Source: Hyphomicrobiales bacterium (lineage in GTDB: Bacteria > Pseudomonadota > Alphaproteobacteria > Micropepsales > Micropepsaceae). Taken from it: a DNA stretch of 37,288 nucleotides. The notes under the pieces are model-generated. The model saw only the letters and a program-made list of their open reading frames with translations. It did no database searches and was not told where the DNA came from. Numbering within the stretch: the first letter of the stretch is position 1; each line of letters opens with the position of its first letter. Of the stretch, positions 20,452-31,049 are shown piece after piece. The position numbers and the translations under genes are program-made. The stretch covers positions 1 through 37,288 of the forward strand of contig JAFIHO010000192.1 in NCBI GenBank assembly GCA_017849395.1. Direction: 5' to 3'.

Positions 20452-21087
20452 TCAGATCAGCTCAACGCGATCCACTTCCACGCCCTTGTTGCCCTGGCGC
20501 GTGGAATAACGGATGCGCTGGTCCGGCTCCACCGCCTGAACGCCCGAGCGCCGCAGCGCGCTGGCATGCAGATAGATGTCGCCGCTGCCATTGTCCGGCA
20601 TGACGAAGCCAAAGCCCTTCTGGTCGTTGAAGAACTTCACCTTGCCTTCGACCATCGGGCCGGACGGCGCGCTGTCGCGATAACCGCCGCCGCCGCCGAA
20701 ATCGCGGTCGCCGCCGAAACGGTCACCGCCACCGAAACGGTCGCCGCCGCCAAAGCGTCCGCCGCCGCCGCCGAAGCGGCCACCGCCACCGCCGCCGAAT
20801 TCGCGGCGCGGTCCGCGCGGCGCCGGAGCTTCCGCCGTGGAAAGATCGACACTGTGGACCGCCACGACCTGCAACCCCCGCTGCGAGTCTGCCAGATCAC
20901 ACACAATGGTCGCGCCCTGGGGCACTTCCGCATGGCCCGCCGCCTGCAACGCCGAAGCGTGGCAGAACGCATCACCACCATTGTCCAGGGTTATAAATCC
21001 GTAACCTTTGGTCGGATTGAACCACTTCACCTTGCCCTTCGCGGATGCTTGCGCGATGGAGCGACTATCATTTCCGAATTGTGCCAT
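20452..21087 (-). CDS. Cold-shock protein with two CSD domains and a Gly/Arg/Phe-rich linker
   Basis: GKVKWFNPTKGYGFI...FCHASAL and GKVKFFNDQKGFGFV...YLHASAL, separated by GGRFG/GGDRFG repeats. Confidence 0.9.
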   Translation of the reverse strand: MAQFGNDSRSIAQASAKGKVKWFNPTKGYGFITLDNGGDAFCHASALQAAGHAEVPQGATIVCDLADSQRGLQVVAVHSVDLSTAEAPAPRGPRREFGGGGGGRFGGGGGRFGGGDRFGGGDRFGGDRDFGGGGGYRDSAPSGPMVEGKVKFFNDQKGFGFVMPDNGSGDIYLHASALRRSGVQAVEPDQRIRYSTRQGNKGVEVDRVELI

Positions 21088-21226
21088 GCGAACGACGCCG
21101 TGCCCTACCGGCCTACCAACCCCCGTTGGTGCCCCCCCGCCGGCTGAGGAGCTATCCAATATGATGACTACAGAAACCGGAAACTCGCAACTGGGTTAAC
21201 CCCGGACCTGTCAAGGGATTTCACGC

Positions 21227-21238
21227 TGCAACGCAGCA
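21227..21238 (+). promoter_or_regulatory. Putative PhaR-type operator (TGCAACGCAGCA)
   Basis: Matches the TGCRNYGCASMA consensus I recall for rhizobial PhaR. Part of the palindrome GCTGC-aac-GCAGC between the divergent csp and rhlE genes. Confidence 0.4.
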
Positions 21239-21245
21239 TTTTGAC

Positions 21246-21274
21246 CTTGACGGAAGACTGAGAACGCCCCATAT
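21246..21274 (+). promoter_or_regulatory. Putative sigma70/RpoH-type promoter of rhlE
   Basis: CTTGAC-N17-CCATAT, close to the alphaproteobacterial consensus CTTGAC-N17-CTATAT. Implies a 5' UTR of about 160 nt. Confidence 0.55.
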
Positions 21275-21439
21275 ACCGGGTGTTCCGATGCGACCGCACA
21301 AGGCGGTCGGGCCCTTGCGCCCCCGCTCGCGTCGCCGGACCCAAGACGAACCTCCGTTCCCTCCAGTGTGCGTGGAAGACGGCAACCAGCCGTTTCCGTT
21401 CGCCGATTCCGGCGCGCGCCCGGTTTTTGAGGACTCCAA

Positions 21440-22843
<1,404 letters not shown>

Positions 22844-22846
22844 GCC

Positions 22847-23299
22847 GTGCCTGCCATTTTCGTCGACGGCGACGCTTGCCCGGTGAAAGCCGAGGTCGAA
22901 CGCGTCGCTGTCCGGCATGGCCTCGCCGTCACCATCGTCAGCAATGGCGGATTGCGCCCTTCGGCCAATCCGCTGCTGCGCCATGTGATCGTGCCGGAAG
23001 GCGCAGACGCAGCGGATGACTGGATCGCCGAACATATTGGCCGGAACGACATCGCCGTCACCGCCGACATCCCGCTGGCGGCGCGCTGCCTGGACAAGGG
23101 TGCGCGGGTGATCGGCCCCAACGGAAAGCCCTTCACGCCCGAAGGCATCGGCATGGCGCTGGGCATGCGCGAACTGCATCGCCACCTGCGCGAAGCGACA
23201 GGCGGACAGACCTACAATGCCGGTTTCACCAAACAGGACCGCTCGCGGTTCCTGAACGAACTGGAAAATTGCATCCAGGCCCTGAAACGCGCAGGTTGA
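22847..23299 (+). CDS. yaiI: YaiI/YqxD (DUF188) family protein
   Basis: IFVDGDACPVK, DAADDWI, VTADIPLA, F...DRSRF..L. Confidence 0.92.
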   Translation: MPAIFVDGDACPVKAEVERVAVRHGLAVTIVSNGGLRPSANPLLRHVIVPEGADAADDWIAEHIGRNDIAVTADIPLAARCLDKGARVIGPNGKPFTPEGIGMALGMRELHRHLREATGGQTYNAGFTKQDRSRFLNELENCIQALKRAG

Positions 23300-23323
23300 T
23301 GCCTATATCGTCAGGACATAACA

Positions 23324-24775
23324 ATGATCCCGCATGAGGCAAGTCAAACAGGTTCCCCGTCTCTTGGCCTGGCGCTGGAAAACCACTTTGGCCGCCTGCC
23401 GGACGAATTCTACACACGCATGCCTGCCGAACGTGTCGGCACCGCCCCGCGCCTCATCCATGCCAACGCGGCGGCGGCGAAGCTGATCGACCTCGATCCG
23501 GCTGCGTTCACCGATCCGCAATTCACGGCCATCATGTCCGGCCATCAGCCGCTGGAAGGCTTCGCGCCGCTGGCCATGGTCTATGCCGGACATCAGTTTG
23601 GCGTTTGGGCGGGACAACTGGGCGATGGGCGCGCCCTCCTGATCGGTCAGGTGCGCAACCGCGCCGGAGACTTGTGGGACGTTCAGCTCAAGGGCTCCGG
23701 CAAGACACCCTATTCGCGCTTCGGCGACGGCCGCGCCGTGATGCGTTCCTCCATCCGCGAATATCTATGCAGCGAGGCGATGGCCGCGTTGGGCATTCCC
23801 ACTTCGCTCGCGCTCGCGCTTGTTGCCACAGGCGAAACCGTGCGCCGGGAAGAACCGGAACCTGGGGCGGTGCTGACGCGCCTGGCGCGCAGCCATGTGC
23901 GCTTCGGCCATTTCGAGCACTTTCACTACCAGGGCAAGAGCGAGCAGGTACGGCTGCTGGCCGATCATGTGATCGCAGAGTATTTTCCGGAATTCGTGGG
24001 CGATCACGCAGGCTGGTTCGGCGAGGTAGTGAAACGCACCGCCCACATGATCGCACATTGGCAGGCAGTAGGATTCGCGCATGGCGTGATGAACACCGAC
24101 AATATGTCGATCCTGGGTCTCACGCTGGATTATGGTCCATTTGGCTTCCTGGACATTTATGATCCCAACTTCATCTGCAACCACACGGATGAGACGGGCC
24201 GCTATTCCTTCCTCAACCAGCCCGGCATCGGTCACTGGAATCTCAAGGCGCTGGCCATCGCGTTGTCCAGCCTCATCGGTTCCGAAAAACTCGTAGCGGC
24301 GCTTGGCACCTATGAAACGCATTTCATGGAGAAATACCGCGCCCTGATGCGCGCCAAGCTGGGCTTGGTGCGTGAAGATGAAGGCGACGACCGGATGATC
24401 GGCGAATTGCTGGCGTTGATGGCAAAGGCCGGGGCCGATTATACGCTGACATTCCGTAACCTCCCGCGCGAGGACCAAGTCTGGCTGGGGCTGTTCGGCA
24501 ACCACCGTGCGGATGCCCAAGCCTGGCTTGCGTCTTACCGCGCGCGCTTCGACGGTGACCCGGAGATGATGGATCGGATCAACCCGAAATTCGTGTTGCG
24601 CAACTGGGTGGCGGAAACCGCGATCCGCGCGGTTGAGGATCGCAGCGATATCGCGACTCTGGACCGCATCTTCAGCATCCTGCAATCGCCTTACGACGAA
24701 CACCCGGACGGCGAGGCATTCGCTGCCCCGCCGCCACCGGACATGTGCGGTTTGGAAGTGTCCTGTTCTTCCTGA
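23324..24775 (+). CDS. selO: Protein adenylyltransferase SelO (YdiU)
   Basis: YAGHQFG...QLGDGRA, QLKGSGKTPYSRFGDGRA, REYLCSEAM, HGVMNTDNMSI, LDYGPFGF, NPKFVLRN, C-terminal VSCSS. Confidence 0.95.
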   Translation: MIPHEASQTGSPSLGLALENHFGRLPDEFYTRMPAERVGTAPRLIHANAAAAKLIDLDPAAFTDPQFTAIMSGHQPLEGFAPLAMVYAGHQFGVWAGQLGDGRALLIGQVRNRAGDLWDVQLKGSGKTPYSRFGDGRAVMRSSIREYLCSEAMAALGIPTSLALALVATGETVRREEPEPGAVLTRLARSHVRFGHFEHFHYQGKSEQVRLLADHVIAEYFPEFVGDHAGWFGEVVKRTAHMIAHWQAVGFAHGVMNTDNMSILGLTLDYGPFGFLDIYDPNFICNHTDETGRYSFLNQPGIGHWNLKALAIALSSLIGSEKLVAALGTYETHFMEKYRALMRAKLGLVREDEGDDRMIGELLALMAKAGADYTLTFRNLPREDQVWLGLFGNHRADAQAWLASYRARFDGDPEMMDRINPKFVLRNWVAETAIRAVEDRSDIATLDRIFSILQSPYDEHPDGEAFAAPPPPDMCGLEVSCSS

Positions 24776-24778
24776 TGT

Positions 24779-26281
24779 CTACCAGGTCACCGCGATATAC
24801 TTGCATTCGGTGAATTCGATCAGGCCGTGATGCGAACCTTCGCGGCCCAGGCCCGACTGTTTCACACCACCGAACGGCGCCGCCGTGTCCGACACCAGCC
24901 CGCGATTGATACCGACCATGCCATATTCCAGCTTCTCGGCGATCTTCAGGCCTTTTTTCAAGTCCTTGCTGTAGAGATAGGCGGCCAGGCCGTAATGCGT
25001 GTCGTTGGCCATCCGGATGGCTTCTTCTTCCGTCTCGAACGCAATGATCGGCGCGACCGGTCCGAAAATCTCGTCCTTCAAGATGGTGGCGGACGGCGGC
25101 ACATCGGTCAGCACCGTCGCCGGATAGAAATAGCCCTTGCTGTCGGGACGCTTGCCGCCCAGCAGGATCTTCGCGCCTTCCTTCACCGCGCCCTCCACCA
25201 GTCCGGCGATCTTGGTCGCCTGCTTCTCGGTAATGACGGGGCCAAGCTGCGTATCCGGATCGGTGCCGTCGCCAAGCTTCAGCGCCTTCATCTTCGCGGT
25301 AAACTTCTCGGTGAACTCGGCCAGTACGCCCTTCTGCACATAAAAGCGGTTGGTGGCGGTGCAGGCTTGGCCGCCATTGCGCATCTTGGCGATCATCGCG
25401 CCCTCGACGGCCTCGTCGATATTGGCGTCGTCGAACACCAGGAAGGGCGCGTTGCCGCCCAGTTCCATGGAGCAGTTCAGCACCGTGTCTGCTGCCGTGC
25501 GCAGCAAAGCGCGGCCCACCCCGGTCGATCCGGTGAAGCTCATCTTGCGCACGCGCGGGTCATGCATGATCGCGGCGCAGACCGGGCCGGGGTCTTTCGG
25601 CGTGATGACATTGACGACGCCAGGCGGTACGCCCGCGTCCAGCATGATCTGCGCCACGGCAAATGCGGTCAGCGGGGTTTCGATGGCGGGCTTCAGGATC
25701 ACGGTGCAGCCCGCGCCCAGCGCCGGAGCGATCTTGCGCGTCGCCATGGCGGCGGGGAAGTTCCAAGGCGTGATCAGCAGCGAAATGCCGATCGGCTGAT
25801 ATTCCACCACGATGCGGTTCTGTCCGCTGGGCGAGGTCTGGAGTTCGCCGATGATGCGCGGCGTCTCTTCGGAGTACCACCGGAAAAACTCCGCCGCATA
25901 CAGCACTTCGCCCTTTGAATCCGGCAGCGCCTTGCCCATTTCCAGCGAGATCAGGTGCGCCAGCCAGTCGGCATTGGCGATCATCTTCTCATAGCATTTG
26001 CGCAAGATCTCGGCGCGCTGGCGCGGTGGCGTTGCGGCCCAGCCGGGCGCGGCCTTTTCCGCCGCATCGACCGCCGCCATGCCGTCTTCCAGCGTCGCGT
26101 CGGCGATAGTGGTGATGACTTCGCCATTGGCCGGGTTCAGCACCGGAATGCGCTGCTTGTTCGAGCCTTCGCGCCAGCTTTCGCCGATCAAAAGATCAGT
26201 CGGGATCGCATCATTGGCCGGCAGGGCGACGCCCGAGGTCTTGGGCTTGGGCAGCGCGAAACTATTGGCGGACTTCATCAT
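24779..26281 (-). CDS. gabD: NAD(P)-dependent succinate-semialdehyde dehydrogenase-like aldehyde dehydrogenase
   Basis: ITPWNFP, SFTGSTGVG, SMELGGNAP, RNGGQAC, EIFGP, PFGGVKQSGLGREGS. RBS AAGGAG upstream of ATG 26281. Confidence 0.85.
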   Translation of the reverse strand: MMKSANSFALPKPKTSGVALPANDAIPTDLLIGESWREGSNKQRIPVLNPANGEVITTIADATLEDGMAAVDAAEKAAPGWAATPPRQRAEILRKCYEKMIANADWLAHLISLEMGKALPDSKGEVLYAAEFFRWYSEETPRIIGELQTSPSGQNRIVVEYQPIGISLLITPWNFPAAMATRKIAPALGAGCTVILKPAIETPLTAFAVAQIMLDAGVPPGVVNVITPKDPGPVCAAIMHDPRVRKMSFTGSTGVGRALLRTAADTVLNCSMELGGNAPFLVFDDANIDEAVEGAMIAKMRNGGQACTATNRFYVQKGVLAEFTEKFTAKMKALKLGDGTDPDTQLGPVITEKQATKIAGLVEGAVKEGAKILLGGKRPDSKGYFYPATVLTDVPPSATILKDEIFGPVAPIIAFETEEEAIRMANDTHYGLAAYLYSKDLKKGLKIAEKLEYGMVGINRGLVSDTAAPFGGVKQSGLGREGSHHGLIEFTECKYIAVTW

Positions 26282-26288
26282 ACTCTCC

Positions 26289-27509
26289 TTAACTGGCAAG
26301 CGCGGCGCGATCACCGCTGAAGGCGGCGCGGGTGATTGCCTTCATCGCATCCACGTCCAGCTTGCGGGGATTGTTGTTGACCAGGCGCGCCGCGCCGATG
26401 GCGCTTTCGGCGGTCCAGTCCTGCTTGTCGGCGGGCAGGCCCAGTTCCTTCAGAGTGACAGGAATGCCGACTTCCTTCAGCAACTTCGCCACCGCATCGA
26501 TCAGCTTGTGCGACAATTCCTCGTCATTGCCCGTTAGACCGATGGCGCGGCTGATCTGGGCAAAGGCCGCGACGCAACTGGGCCGATTGTACTCCATCAC
26601 ATAGGGCAGCAGCAGCGCCACGCCCACGCCATGCGGCGTGTGGGTCTCGTTGCCCACCGGATACTGGATGGCATGCGCCGCCGCCGTGCCCGCGGTGCCG
26701 AACGCGCAGCCCGCCGCCAGCGAAGCCAGCATCAGCTTCTCGCGCGCCTCGATATCCTTGCCGTCCTTCACGGCGCGAGGCAGCGCCTCGAAGATGTTGG
26801 TGATGGAGAGAAGCCCGAACATGTCCGACAGCGCATTCTTGCCGACAAACACATTCTTCACCGTCAGGTCGGGCGTGACGGCGCGGGGCAGGGCGGTGAA
26901 GCTCTCCACCGCATGGGTCAGCGCGTCGGCGCCCGAACAGGCTGTCAGGCCCGGCGGGCAGGATATCGTCATCTCGGGATCACACACCGCCACGCGCGGG
27001 ATCAGATAGGGCGATGAAATGCCAACCTTCGTTCCGCGCTCTGTATCGGCAACGACCGCGACCGGTGTTACTTCCGATCCTGTGCCGGCCGTTGTCGGCA
27101 CCGCAATCACCGGAATGACAGGAGACGGGATTTTATTCTCGCCGTAATAATCGCGCAGCGCCCCTCCGTGCGTCAGAAGCACCGCGACGCACTTGGCCAT
27201 GTCCATGCAGCTTCCTCCGCCGATGCCGAGCACGACATCCGGCTTGAAATCCGCGAACTGCGCGACACAGCCGGAAATTCCGCCGATAGGCAGGTCCGCT
27301 TCGGTCTGGTCATACACTTTGACCGCGACGCCATTGGCCTCGATATCCGCGACAATGGCCTTGAACTGTGCATCGCCGCCCAATCGCGCATCGGTACAGA
27401 CAAGCGCACGCTTGCCCACGCCAGCCGTCAGCATGCCGATGGCAGCGCGCTGGCCTGATCCGAACACCACCGAGGCGGGCAGACGCATTGCCCCAAACAA
27501 GCCACTCAT
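26289..27509 (-). CDS. Iron-containing alcohol dehydrogenase
   Basis: GIGGGSCMDMAK, VPTTAGTGSEVT, DALTHAVE, AAHAI, HGVG. ATG at 27509 overlaps the stop of the upstream gene. Confidence 0.92.
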   Translation of the reverse strand: MSGLFGAMRLPASVVFGSGQRAAIGMLTAGVGKRALVCTDARLGGDAQFKAIVADIEANGVAVKVYDQTEADLPIGGISGCVAQFADFKPDVVLGIGGGSCMDMAKCVAVLLTHGGALRDYYGENKIPSPVIPVIAVPTTAGTGSEVTPVAVVADTERGTKVGISSPYLIPRVAVCDPEMTISCPPGLTACSGADALTHAVESFTALPRAVTPDLTVKNVFVGKNALSDMFGLLSITNIFEALPRAVKDGKDIEAREKLMLASLAAGCAFGTAGTAAAHAIQYPVGNETHTPHGVGVALLLPYVMEYNRPSCVAAFAQISRAIGLTGNDEELSHKLIDAVAKLLKEVGIPVTLKELGLPADKQDWTAESAIGAARLVNNNPRKLDVDAMKAITRAAFSGDRAALAS

Positions 27510-28540
27510 TGCGCCGCTCCTTTCGCGGTTTTTTCCAGTTCGGCGTCCAGCGCCTGAAGATCGGACCATAAGCCGTCTGCCAGCTTAATCCCATGTGACA
27601 TGGCTTTCGCGCGCTCGGCGCGGGCGCGGTCTCCAGGAACCAGCACGGGACGGGCAGGGTCCGATGGGGCCATGCCGCGTATCTCGTCCAGATAGGCGCT
27701 GACCAGCGCCTTCGCCGCTTCGGCGTGGCGCGGGGCGATGACGATGAACAGGTCGCCCTTGTTGCTCACTTCGACTGAATCCAGCGTGCCCTTCACATCC
27801 GTTCCGATGGCCGATGCTGCCAGGCCCGCTACCAGAACCTCGAAAGCGAGCCCAAGCGCATATCCTTTCGCGCCGCCAAACGGCGCTATGGCGCCCTTCT
27901 TGGCTTCGGACGCATTGGTGGTGGGATTGCCGTCGGCATCCAGCGCCCAGCCCAGCGGGATCGGTTCGTTGCGGTTGGCGTGGTCATGAATCTTCCCCAT
28001 CGACACAAGCCCGGTCGCCATATCCATCACGAAAGGCTCCGGATCGGCAGGCACACCGATAGCGACAGGATTGGTGCCGATCATCGCCTTGCGCCCGCCA
28101 TGCGGATGCACCAACGCTTCGCTGATGGTCAACGCGATCACGGTTAATCCCCGCGCCGCGATATATTCTGCGTAATAGGCTAGGGCTCCCAGGTGATTGG
28201 TGTTGCGGATGGCGGCCAGCGCCACGCCGTCCTCGCGCGCGCGAGGCATGATGGCGTCCAGCGCTGCCAGCGCGACTACCGGGCCAAGCCCGCGCTCGCC
28301 ATCGACTTGCAAATAGTTGCTCCCTGCCCATTTCTGCGCCCCGGTCTTGCCCGGGGCAGACAGTCCTGCCTCGATGCGTTCGATAACCCGGCGCAGCCGC
28401 AGCAGCCCATGGCTTGCGACCCCCTTCATCTCCGCGTCGATGAACAAATCGGCTTGGATGCGCGCATGAGGGAGCGGCACGCCGTGCCCCATCAGGACGC
28501 GTTCGACCAGCTTCCGGGCTTCCTCAATTTGCACCAACAT
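27506..28540 (-). CDS. Ldh_2 family oxidoreductase (malate/L-lactate/ureidoglycolate/sulfolactate dehydrogenase type 2)
   Basis: GVASHG, NHLGAL, GTNPVAIG, DMATG, GWALDADG.PT, PFGGAKGYAL, VLVPG. Confidence 0.9.
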   Translation of the reverse strand: MLVQIEEARKLVERVLMGHGVPLPHARIQADLFIDAEMKGVASHGLLRLRRVIERIEAGLSAPGKTGAQKWAGSNYLQVDGERGLGPVVALAALDAIMPRAREDGVALAAIRNTNHLGALAYYAEYIAARGLTVIALTISEALVHPHGGRKAMIGTNPVAIGVPADPEPFVMDMATGLVSMGKIHDHANRNEPIPLGWALDADGNPTTNASEAKKGAIAPFGGAKGYALGLAFEVLVAGLAASAIGTDVKGTLDSVEVSNKGDLFIVIAPRHAEAAKALVSAYLDEIRGMAPSDPARPVLVPGDRARAERAKAMSHGIKLADGLWSDLQALDAELEKTAKGAAQ

Positions 28541-28554
28541 GGTGTTATTCTTAT

Positions 28555-28566
28555 ATCATATATGAT
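28555..28566. promoter_or_regulatory. Putative GntR-family operator (perfect palindrome ATCATATATGAT)
   Basis: 12-bp perfect AT-rich palindrome about 15 nt upstream of the Ldh_2 start, between it and the divergent GntR gene. Confidence 0.6.
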
Positions 28567-28680
28567 TCCGGTCGATCCCTTGGTACAATGCTTTTAAGAC
28601 GAAATCCATAGGCGTTAGATCACGCCCGCGTATAAACTGCACAAGAAGGCGGCAGAAAAACAGCCGGGCGATAGGGAACC

Positions 28681-29305
28681 ATGACACAGCCCATATCCGT
28701 GATGGAAAACGGCCCAGATACAACCCGTCAGATCGCCAGGCCTTCGGGGTTGGTGGACGAGGTTTACCGCCGTATCCGAGCCGACATCATGTCGCTGAAG
28801 ATTCCGCCGGATTCCCGCATATCCGTTGACAACATGGTGCGGGAACTTGGCGTTTCACAAACCCCGATCCGCGAAGCCCTGTCGATGTTGGAAGCCATCG
28901 GGCTCGTCACCAAGAAGCATTTCATCGGCTATTGCACCGCGCCGCGCTGCAGAGGCGATGAGCGACGGGGCCATGCGCGCGCTCGAAGGCGTAGACGGCC
29001 AGATGGATAACCGCCGCTCGCCAGCGCCCAGCCATGTCGAGTTCGCCGAACTGGATTCGGAATTTCACCAGATGATCGCGCGCGGCGGCGGCAACAACCG
29101 CATCGCGGAGTCGCTGGAGCGGATGCACACCCATCTGCACATCTTCCGCTTCTGCTTCCGGCGCGAGATCGCGGATGAGGCGATGGGCGAACACGCTGAC
29201 ATCGTGGCAGCGATCAAGGCACGCGACGGCGACGCCGCCGAAGCGGCGATGCGCAGCCATATCGAGAAATCTTATTCCCGCCTCAAGGGCTTCGGCGGAG
29301 AATAA
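28681..29305 (+). pseudogene. GntR (FCD) family transcriptional regulator, frameshifted by an apparent internal deletion
   Basis: The wHTH half (LGVSQTPIREALSMLE) is in the 28681 frame. The FCD half (DSEFHQMIA..GGNNRI...EHADIVAAI..RD.DAAEAAMRSHI) is in the +1 frame. The frames join near 28939-28946 and the first FCD helix (the usual RxxLE motif) is absent. Confidence 0.8.
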
Positions 29306-29310
29306 CGGCG

Positions 29311-30009
29311 CTATTTGCTTTTCTTGAACGCCGCGTAGCGCGCCTTGGTCTCTTCATTCATCGGATAAAGGCCGGGCAGGGGAACGCCGCGCTCGACTTC
29401 GGTCACGATCCAGGCTTCGGCGGCTTCCTGCTCCACCGACTCGGCGGTCACTTCCTCCACCAGCGCCTTGGGGATCACCACCGCGCCGTCATTGTCCGCC
29501 ACGATCGTGTCGCCCGGGAAGATGGCCACGCCGCCACAGGCGATGGGTTCTTCCCAGTTCACGAAGGTCAGGCCCGCGACAGACGGCGGGGCCGCGAAGC
29601 CCGCGCACCACACCGGCAGCTTCGTGTTCAGCACGCCATCCATGTCGCGCAGCGCGCCGTCGGTGATCAGCGCCGCCACCTTCTTCTTGACCATGCGCGC
29701 GCACAATATGTCGCCGAAGATGCCCGCATCGGTCACGCCCATCGCGTCAGCCACCACGACACAGTCTTCTGGCATCGCCTCGATGGCGCCGCGGGTGGAG
29801 GTGGGCGACGACCAGGAGGCCGGGGTCGCCAAATCTTCGCGCGCAGGCACGAAGCGCAGGGTGAAGGCCGTACCGACAACGCGCTTCTGCCCCGGCAGCT
29901 TGGGGAACGCGCCGCGCAGCCACACATTGCGCAGACCCTTCTTGAGAAGGACGGTGGTGAGGGTTGCGGTGGTGACGCCTTCCAGCGCCGTCTTGATCTT
30001 GGAGTCCAT
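29311..30009 (-). CDS. RraA / HMG-aldolase family protein
   Basis: VGTAFTLRFVPARED, AGIFGDIL, TDGALRD, CGGVAIFPGD.IVADNDG.VVIP, GLYP. Confidence 0.88.
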   Translation of the reverse strand: MDSKIKTALEGVTTATLTTVLLKKGLRNVWLRGAFPKLPGQKRVVGTAFTLRFVPAREDLATPASWSSPTSTRGAIEAMPEDCVVVADAMGVTDAGIFGDILCARMVKKKVAALITDGALRDMDGVLNTKLPVWCAGFAAPPSVAGLTFVNWEEPIACGGVAIFPGDTIVADNDGAVVIPKALVEEVTAESVEQEAAEAWIVTEVERGVPLPGLYPMNEETKARYAAFKKSK

Positions 30010-30023
30010 GGTTTCTCTCGGTC

Positions 30024-30797
30024 TCAGAGGCTGGGGATGAGGCCGCCATCCACGCGGATGACGGAGCCGGTCAGATAGGCGGCCGGCACGCTGGCGAGGA
30101 AGGCGACGACATCGCCATATTCCTCCGGCTTGCCATAACGTCCGACAGGAATGGAGCCGGTCGATGCGGCGATCACCTGTTCCACGGTCTTGCCTTCGCG
30201 CTTGGCGCGGGCTTCGTCCAGGAACGCGATGCGGTCGGTGGCGATGCGGCCCGGCAGCACGATGTTCGCGGTGATGCCGTCCTTCGCCACTTCAGCGGAC
30301 AGTGTCTTGGACCAGCCCACCAGCGAAGCGCGCAACGTGTTGGAGATGCCCAGGTTCGGGATCGGCGCGATCACGCCCGAGGAGGTGCTGGTGATGACGC
30401 GGCCCCATTTTTTGGCGCGCATCCCGGGCAGTACCTTGTCGGTGATCGCGATGACCGACAGCACCATGGCCTGAAATTGCTTCTGCCAGACCGCCGGGTC
30501 CTGGCCGCTGGCGGTGGTGGGCGGTGGGCCGCCCGTGTTGTTCACCAGAATGTCGATGGAACCCAGCTTTGCCTCGATGGCCTTCACATGCCCATCGATG
30601 GAACTTAGATCGGCCAGATCCCAGGTCAGGGCCATGCCGCCGTTCAGCGCCGATGCGGTGGCTTCGGCCGCCTTGGCGTCCAAGTCCGCTGCCGCGACCT
30701 TCACGCCTTCCCGCGACAGTGAGCGGGCAATGGCGCCGCCCAGCCCGCCGCCAGCGCCCAGCACCAGCGCGGTTTTCCCTGCAATTCCCAGATCCAT
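30024..30797 (-). CDS. Short-chain dehydrogenase/reductase (SDR)
   Basis: MDLGIAGKTALVLGAGGGLG, DILVNNTGGPP, atypical SNTLR in place of YxxxK, PGRIAT, VDGG. ATG at 30797. Confidence 0.92.
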   Translation of the reverse strand: MDLGIAGKTALVLGAGGGLGGAIARSLSREGVKVAAADLDAKAAEATASALNGGMALTWDLADLSSIDGHVKAIEAKLGSIDILVNNTGGPPPTTASGQDPAVWQKQFQAMVLSVIAITDKVLPGMRAKKWGRVITSTSSGVIAPIPNLGISNTLRASLVGWSKTLSAEVAKDGITANIVLPGRIATDRIAFLDEARAKREGKTVEQVIAASTGSIPVGRYGKPEEYGDVVAFLASVPAAYLTGSVIRVDGGLIPSL

Positions 30798-30962
30798 TTT
30801 GGCCTCATTTTCTTGTTGGAATGGCGGGGACGGTTGCACAGCGCAAGAGACCGGAAAAGGGCGCGAAATCGCCGCGTCGGTGGGCGGTGATGGTTGTCCT
30901 TTTAACGGGTAAAAAACATAGTATTGCGCCTTAGTCGCAAGTTTGTTTCAGGAAGAAGAAAC

Positions 30963-31005
30963 AGCTTGCATCGACACTTCCGCCGCCTTTAAGTCGATTC
31001 AAGCT
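30963..31005. promoter_or_regulatory. Imperfect 13-bp inverted repeat upstream of the Fe-S module (operator or hairpin)
   Basis: AGCTTGCATCGAC-N17-GTCGATTCAAGCT (1 mismatch), ending about 45 nt before the ATG at 31050. Confidence 0.4.
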
Positions 31006-31049
31006 CTGGCTTCGCCAGGAAAATTTGTCTTATTCGGAGTGAAAGTACA

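Noticed and set aside
24740-24790. Selenocysteine read-through in selO (TGA stop)
   Set aside because: The protein already ends in the normal bacterial Cys form VSCSS, and the convergent ALDH gene ends 3 nt later.
28930-28950. Programmed ribosomal frameshift in GntR
   Set aside because: There is no slippery sequence, and a conserved helix is missing, which indicates a deletion.
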